Positions 60,771 to 64,000 of a stretch of 64,000 nt of DNA are shown here, piece by piece (the stretch's first letter is position 1; every line of letters begins with the position of its first letter). The notes under the pieces are model-generated. The model was not told the origin of the DNA and did no database searches. It was given only the letters and a program-made list of their open reading frames with translations. The translations under genes were made by a program, and so were the position numbers. The DNA comes from Candidatus Omnitrophota bacterium (GTDB lineage: Bacteria > Omnitrophota > Gorgyraeia > Zapsychrales > Zapsychraceae). The stretch covers positions 9,811 to 73,810 of the forward strand of contig JAGOSC010000004.1 in assembly GCA_018062515.1 (NCBI GenBank). Direction: 5' to 3'.

Positions 60771-61407
60771 TAAATATTTTCATCAATTCTTTTTCTAAAT
60801 CTTCAGATTGATGATCACCATTTAGCTTTTTAAGAATTCCACGTGACTCATAATAAGCAACAATAGGTAATGTATTTTCTAAATAAATAGCCATACGTTT
60901 ACGAACGGTTTCTTCATTGTCGTCGGGCCGTTGAATCAATTTCTCGCCGGATACGTCACAAATGCCTGTTTTTTTAGGCGGACGGTTATGGATATGATAA
61001 ACCGCGCCGGAACCAGGTGCAATACGCCGTCCACTAATGCGCTGAACAATAACATCCATGGACGCTTCCATATATATAGCCATGTCTAAAGGTTTTTTAA
61101 TTTCAGTAAGAATCTTATCTAAACTAACTGCCTGCGCTTTCGTTCTCGGATAACCGTCTAACATATAGCCTGATTGTTTGCCGGCAGTAGTCAGTTTATT
61201 AGCTAACAATTTCGTGACTAAATCATCCGGAACCAATTCACCTTTTTCAACATAATTTTTTGCTTCTTGACCGAATTTAGTGTTATTTTTCATCTCTTCA
61301 CGTAAGAGATCTCCGGTTGAAATATGTAAAAGATCAAGCGATACTTTGAGCAATCCCGCTAAAGTACCTTTTCCTGCCCCAGGAGGCCCTAACAAAACAA
61401 CGTTCAT
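60748..61407 (-). CDS. adk: Adenylate kinase
   Basis: GPPGAGKGT P-loop. Confidence 0.9.
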   Translation of the reverse strand: MNVVLLGPPGAGKGTLAGLLKVSLDLLHISTGDLLREEMKNNTKFGQEAKNYVEKGELVPDDLVTKLLANKLTTAGKQSGYMLDGYPRTKAQAVSLDKILTEIKKPLDMAIYMEASMDVIVQRISGRRIAPGSGAVYHIHNRPPKKTGICDVSGEKLIQRPDDNEETVRKRMAIYLENTLPIVAYYESRGILKKLNGDHQSEDLEKELMKIFNEQTKHN

Positions 61408-62750
61408 CGGCGGCCTTTTAATTGGCCTGATCGCAAGAAACCATCATAATGCCGCATTAATAAATGCGATTCGATTTGTTTCATCGTGTCGAGCATAACA
61501 CCGACGATAATCAAAACTCCGGTTCCACCAAAGAACGATGCAATTAAATATGGAACCTTAAAAGAAGCCATGATCGCGTCCGGCATAATCGCTATGGCAC
61601 AAATAAACGTAGCGCCTGCCAGTGTAATGCGCGTCATAACAAAATCTAAATAATCAGCTGTGTGCGTTCCTGGTCTTACCCCCGGAATGAATCCGCCATG
61701 CTTCTTCATATTTTCAGCCACATCAATCGGATTAAAAACAATCGCGGTATAAAAATAACAAAAGAACACGATTAAAAAAGCATAAATGCTGTAATACAGC
61801 CAATGTCCGCGCGATAAAAAGCCGGCCAAACTTTGAAAAGATTGATTTGGGATAAAGCTCGCTAACGTCGCAGGAAATAAAATAATGGATTGCGCAAAAA
61901 TAATCGCGATAACACCTGACGTATCCACCTTCAACGGAATATATGAATTTTGTCCACCATAAACTTTATTGTGAACAATCCTTCGCGCATACTGGACCGG
62001 AATCTTTCGCTGAGCTTGTGTAATTAATGTAATCGCAATAATAACGCAGATCAAAAACGCAACCATAATTAACAATGTCAATGGCTGCAATTGTGTGCCT
62101 CCTCCTGCTTGCGGTGAAAGCATTTTAACTAACATAGCGATAGCTGATGGCGCGGCGGATATAATCCCAGCGGCAATGACTAAAGAGATACCATTACCGA
62201 TACCTCTTTCTTGAATTTGTTCTCCCAGCCACATTAATAACATTGTTCCGGCTGTTAAAGTAAGTACAGTAATGATCCTAAATCCCCAACCTGGATTGTC
62301 CACTAACTGAAATCCCTCAAAAGCTTGTGGACTTTCTAACCATAATGCGATAAAAAACGACTGAACAAGACCCAAACCCAATGTTCCATAGCGCGTATAC
62401 TGGTTAATCTTACGATAACCGGCTTGACCTTCTTTGGCTATTTTTTCAAGGGCAGGAATAACGGCCGTTAACAGCTGTAAAATAATGGAGCTGGAGATAT
62501 ACGGCATAATCCCTAAAGAAAACACCGTCATTTTTTCCAAAGCGCCACCTGAAAAAAGATTCATAATACCGAATATACTTCCCTCGGCGCTGGTTGCCAT
62601 TCTTTCAAAGAACTGCCCTAAAACAGCGGCATTAACTCCCGGAGTCGGGATATAACATCCGATACGATAAACAACAATAATTCCTAAAGTAAATAATATT
62701 TTCTTCTTTAATTCAGGAATTTTAAAACAATTAGCAAACTTTGCTAACAT
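61404..62750 (-). CDS. secY: Preprotein translocase SecY
   Basis: 448 aa, 10 TM. Confidence 0.9.
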   Translation of the reverse strand: MLAKFANCFKIPELKKKILFTLGIIVVYRIGCYIPTPGVNAAVLGQFFERMATSAEGSIFGIMNLFSGGALEKMTVFSLGIMPYISSSIILQLLTAVIPALEKIAKEGQAGYRKINQYTRYGTLGLGLVQSFFIALWLESPQAFEGFQLVDNPGWGFRIITVLTLTAGTMLLMWLGEQIQERGIGNGISLVIAAGIISAAPSAIAMLVKMLSPQAGGGTQLQPLTLLIMVAFLICVIIAITLITQAQRKIPVQYARRIVHNKVYGGQNSYIPLKVDTSGVIAIIFAQSIILFPATLASFIPNQSFQSLAGFLSRGHWLYYSIYAFLIVFFCYFYTAIVFNPIDVAENMKKHGGFIPGVRPGTHTADYLDFVMTRITLAGATFICAIAIMPDAIMASFKVPYLIASFFGGTGVLIIVGVMLDTMKQIESHLLMRHYDGFLRSGQLKGRR

Positions 62751-62762
62751 AAATGACAGCCC

Positions 62763-63242
62763 TTAAGATGATGACTTTTTGGTTTTTTCAATTTCTATCT
62801 TTGCAGTAATCTCAACCTTACCGCCCGCTTTTTCAATCTTTTCTTTCGCTGACGCGGACACGCTTTCGGCTTGTATGATCAATGCAGTTTTTAATTCGCC
62901 ATCACCTAAAATCTTAAAAGGTTTGTTTAAACTCTTAATCAACCCTTCTGTTTTTAAAAGCTCTGCTGTAACAACTGTATCGTTCTTAAATCGGTTAAGA
63001 TTATCGATTGTAACAATTTGATAAAGCACTGGCCGATGAGCATTAAAACCGACTTTTGGTAATCGTCGAATAAGCCGCATCTGTCCACCTTCATGACCTT
63101 TAGCTGACCAGCCTCCTGAACGAGACGTTTGTCCTTTTACACCGCGTCCAGAGGTTTTTCCAGAACCAGAACCCTTACCTCGTCCAACAATTCCTCTACG
63201 TTTTCTTGATCCTTTAGGGGATACTAATTCATGTAAATGCAT
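62763..63242 (-). CDS. rplO: 50S ribosomal protein L15
   Basis: Gly/Arg-rich N-terminus. Confidence 0.85.
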   Translation of the reverse strand: MHLHELVSPKGSRKRRGIVGRGKGSGSGKTSGRGVKGQTSRSGGWSAKGHEGGQMRLIRRLPKVGFNAHRPVLYQIVTIDNLNRFKNDTVVTAELLKTEGLIKSLNKPFKILGDGELKTALIIQAESVSASAKEKIEKAGGKVEITAKIEIEKTKKSSS

Positions 63243-63243
63243 T

Positions 63244-63924
63244 TTATTTTCTCGCTGATTTTAATCGTGTTAAACCGTCAAATGTGGCTTTAACGACGTT
63301 AACCGGATTATTAGACCGGTGACATTTTGTTAAAATATTATGGATACCAGCACCGTCACAAACAGCTCGAACCGTTCCGGAAGCGATGACGCCCGTACCT
63401 TCGGCCGCTGGTTTTAATAAAACTTCAGCCCCGCCGCACATCCCGATAATTTCATGCGGAATGGTGCTGCCCTTGATTGGGATCTTGATCATATTTTTCT
63501 TGGCGACAATTAAAGCTTTTCGAATCGCAATAGATACTTCGCTCGCTTTTTCGTGACTGTAACCCACTTTTCCCATTGCATCCCCGACGACAACTAATGC
63601 GCTAAATGATAATTTCTTTCCGCCCTTCGTTACCTTCGTAATTCTTTTGATTGAAATAACTTTTTCAATAACTTCCGGAGCTGTTGGGTCTTTAATAATA
63701 GTTCCAGGTTCAACTCTCGGGCTCTTTACATCTAAAACCGGATCTTTGACTGCCCCTGTTTCATCTACTAATAAAGTTTCGTCTTTATCTGCGAAAACGG
63801 CTTCTTTTTTAGGCAGCTTTGCTAGACGAGCTTCTCGTTCCAATGAACTCGGATCGCTTCTTTTATTATTTTGTCTGGAAAAATTTTTTCTGTTTTCAGG
63901 TTTATCATCATGTTCTCTAGTCAT
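63244..63924 (-). CDS. rpsE: 30S ribosomal protein S5 with a K/E-rich N-terminal extension of about 60 aa
   Basis: Start moved to MTREHDDK (ATG at 63924, GGAG RBS 9 nt upstream). The track start at 63966 would overlap the rplR stop at 63929. Confidence 0.85.
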   Translation of the reverse strand: MTREHDDKPENRKNFSRQNNKRSDPSSLEREARLAKLPKKEAVFADKDETLLVDETGAVKDPVLDVKSPRVEPGTIIKDPTAPEVIEKVISIKRITKVTKGGKKLSFSALVVVGDAMGKVGYSHEKASEVSIAIRKALIVAKKNMIKIPIKGSTIPHEIIGMCGGAEVLLKPAAEGTGVIASGTVRAVCDGAGIHNILTKCHRSNNPVNVVKATFDGLTRLKSARK

Positions 63925-63928
63925 AAAT

Positions 63929-64000
63929 TTAAAACTCCAATCCACCTTTTCGCGCAGCATCAGCAAATGCCTTTACACGCCCGTGGTATAAGTATCCTCC
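63929..64000 (-). CDS. rplR: 50S ribosomal protein L18, C-terminal fragment (gene continues beyond the window)
   Basis: Reads ..GGYLYHGRVKAFADAARKGGLEF*. Confidence 0.7.
   Translation of the reverse strand, partial: GGYLYHGRVKAFADAARKGGLEF

Overview
Densely coded ~64 kb chromosomal segment, apparently AT-rich, from a bacterium with a Gram-negative-type envelope: TonB-like protein, heptose-pathway genes gmhA/rfaE, lipoproteins, ExeA-like ATPase, pilT. Many proteins carry lysine-rich terminal extensions, which fits an uncultivated or deep-branching lineage. About 72 genes, nearly all on the minus strand, arranged in long overlapping or translationally coupled operons. No tRNA, rRNA or CRISPR array was seen.

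Content from 5' to 3':
- dtd-tatD.
- An archaeal/eukaryotic-type Hel308/Ski2-like helicase coupled to two tandem paralogous polytopic membrane proteins (the only plus-strand block besides exeA).
- recO; then ybeY, pgpH, phoH in conserved order.
- aspS (bacterial type but lacking the GAD insertion), hisS, HU, dnaE, guaA plus a CBS-less guaB-like gene.
- A 1025-aa signal-peptide protein with an embedded class-I SAM-methyltransferase-like motif.
- groES-groEL, preceded by a canonical sigma-A promoter and a CIRCE operator.
- coaX, uvrB, and a PilZ / small basic ORF / PilZ trio.
- ExeA/GspB-like pair and aroB.
- A long minus-strand operon: M50 site-2 protease, SH3b, SPOR, GAF-HD-GYP, dGTPase-like HD hydrolase, HIT, YfcE phosphoesterase, archaeal-type ATPase, LysM-M23 peptidase.
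- Thiamine, heptose, PPi-PFK, accBC, efp, lipoyl domain plus lipB, icd, pilT.
- The alpha/spc ribosomal cluster at the 3' end: rplR (partial), rpsE, rplO, secY, adk, map, infA, rpmJ, rpsM, rpsK, rpsD, rpoA, rplQ.

No classical mobile element or defence island is obvious. The best candidates for novel biology are the helicase-membrane-protein operon, the large secreted methyltransferase-like protein, and the nucleotide-hydrolase-rich operon. Starts in the ORF track are often alternative TTG/GTG longest-ORF starts; I moved several to downstream ATGs by alignment with known N-termini and ribosome-binding sites.
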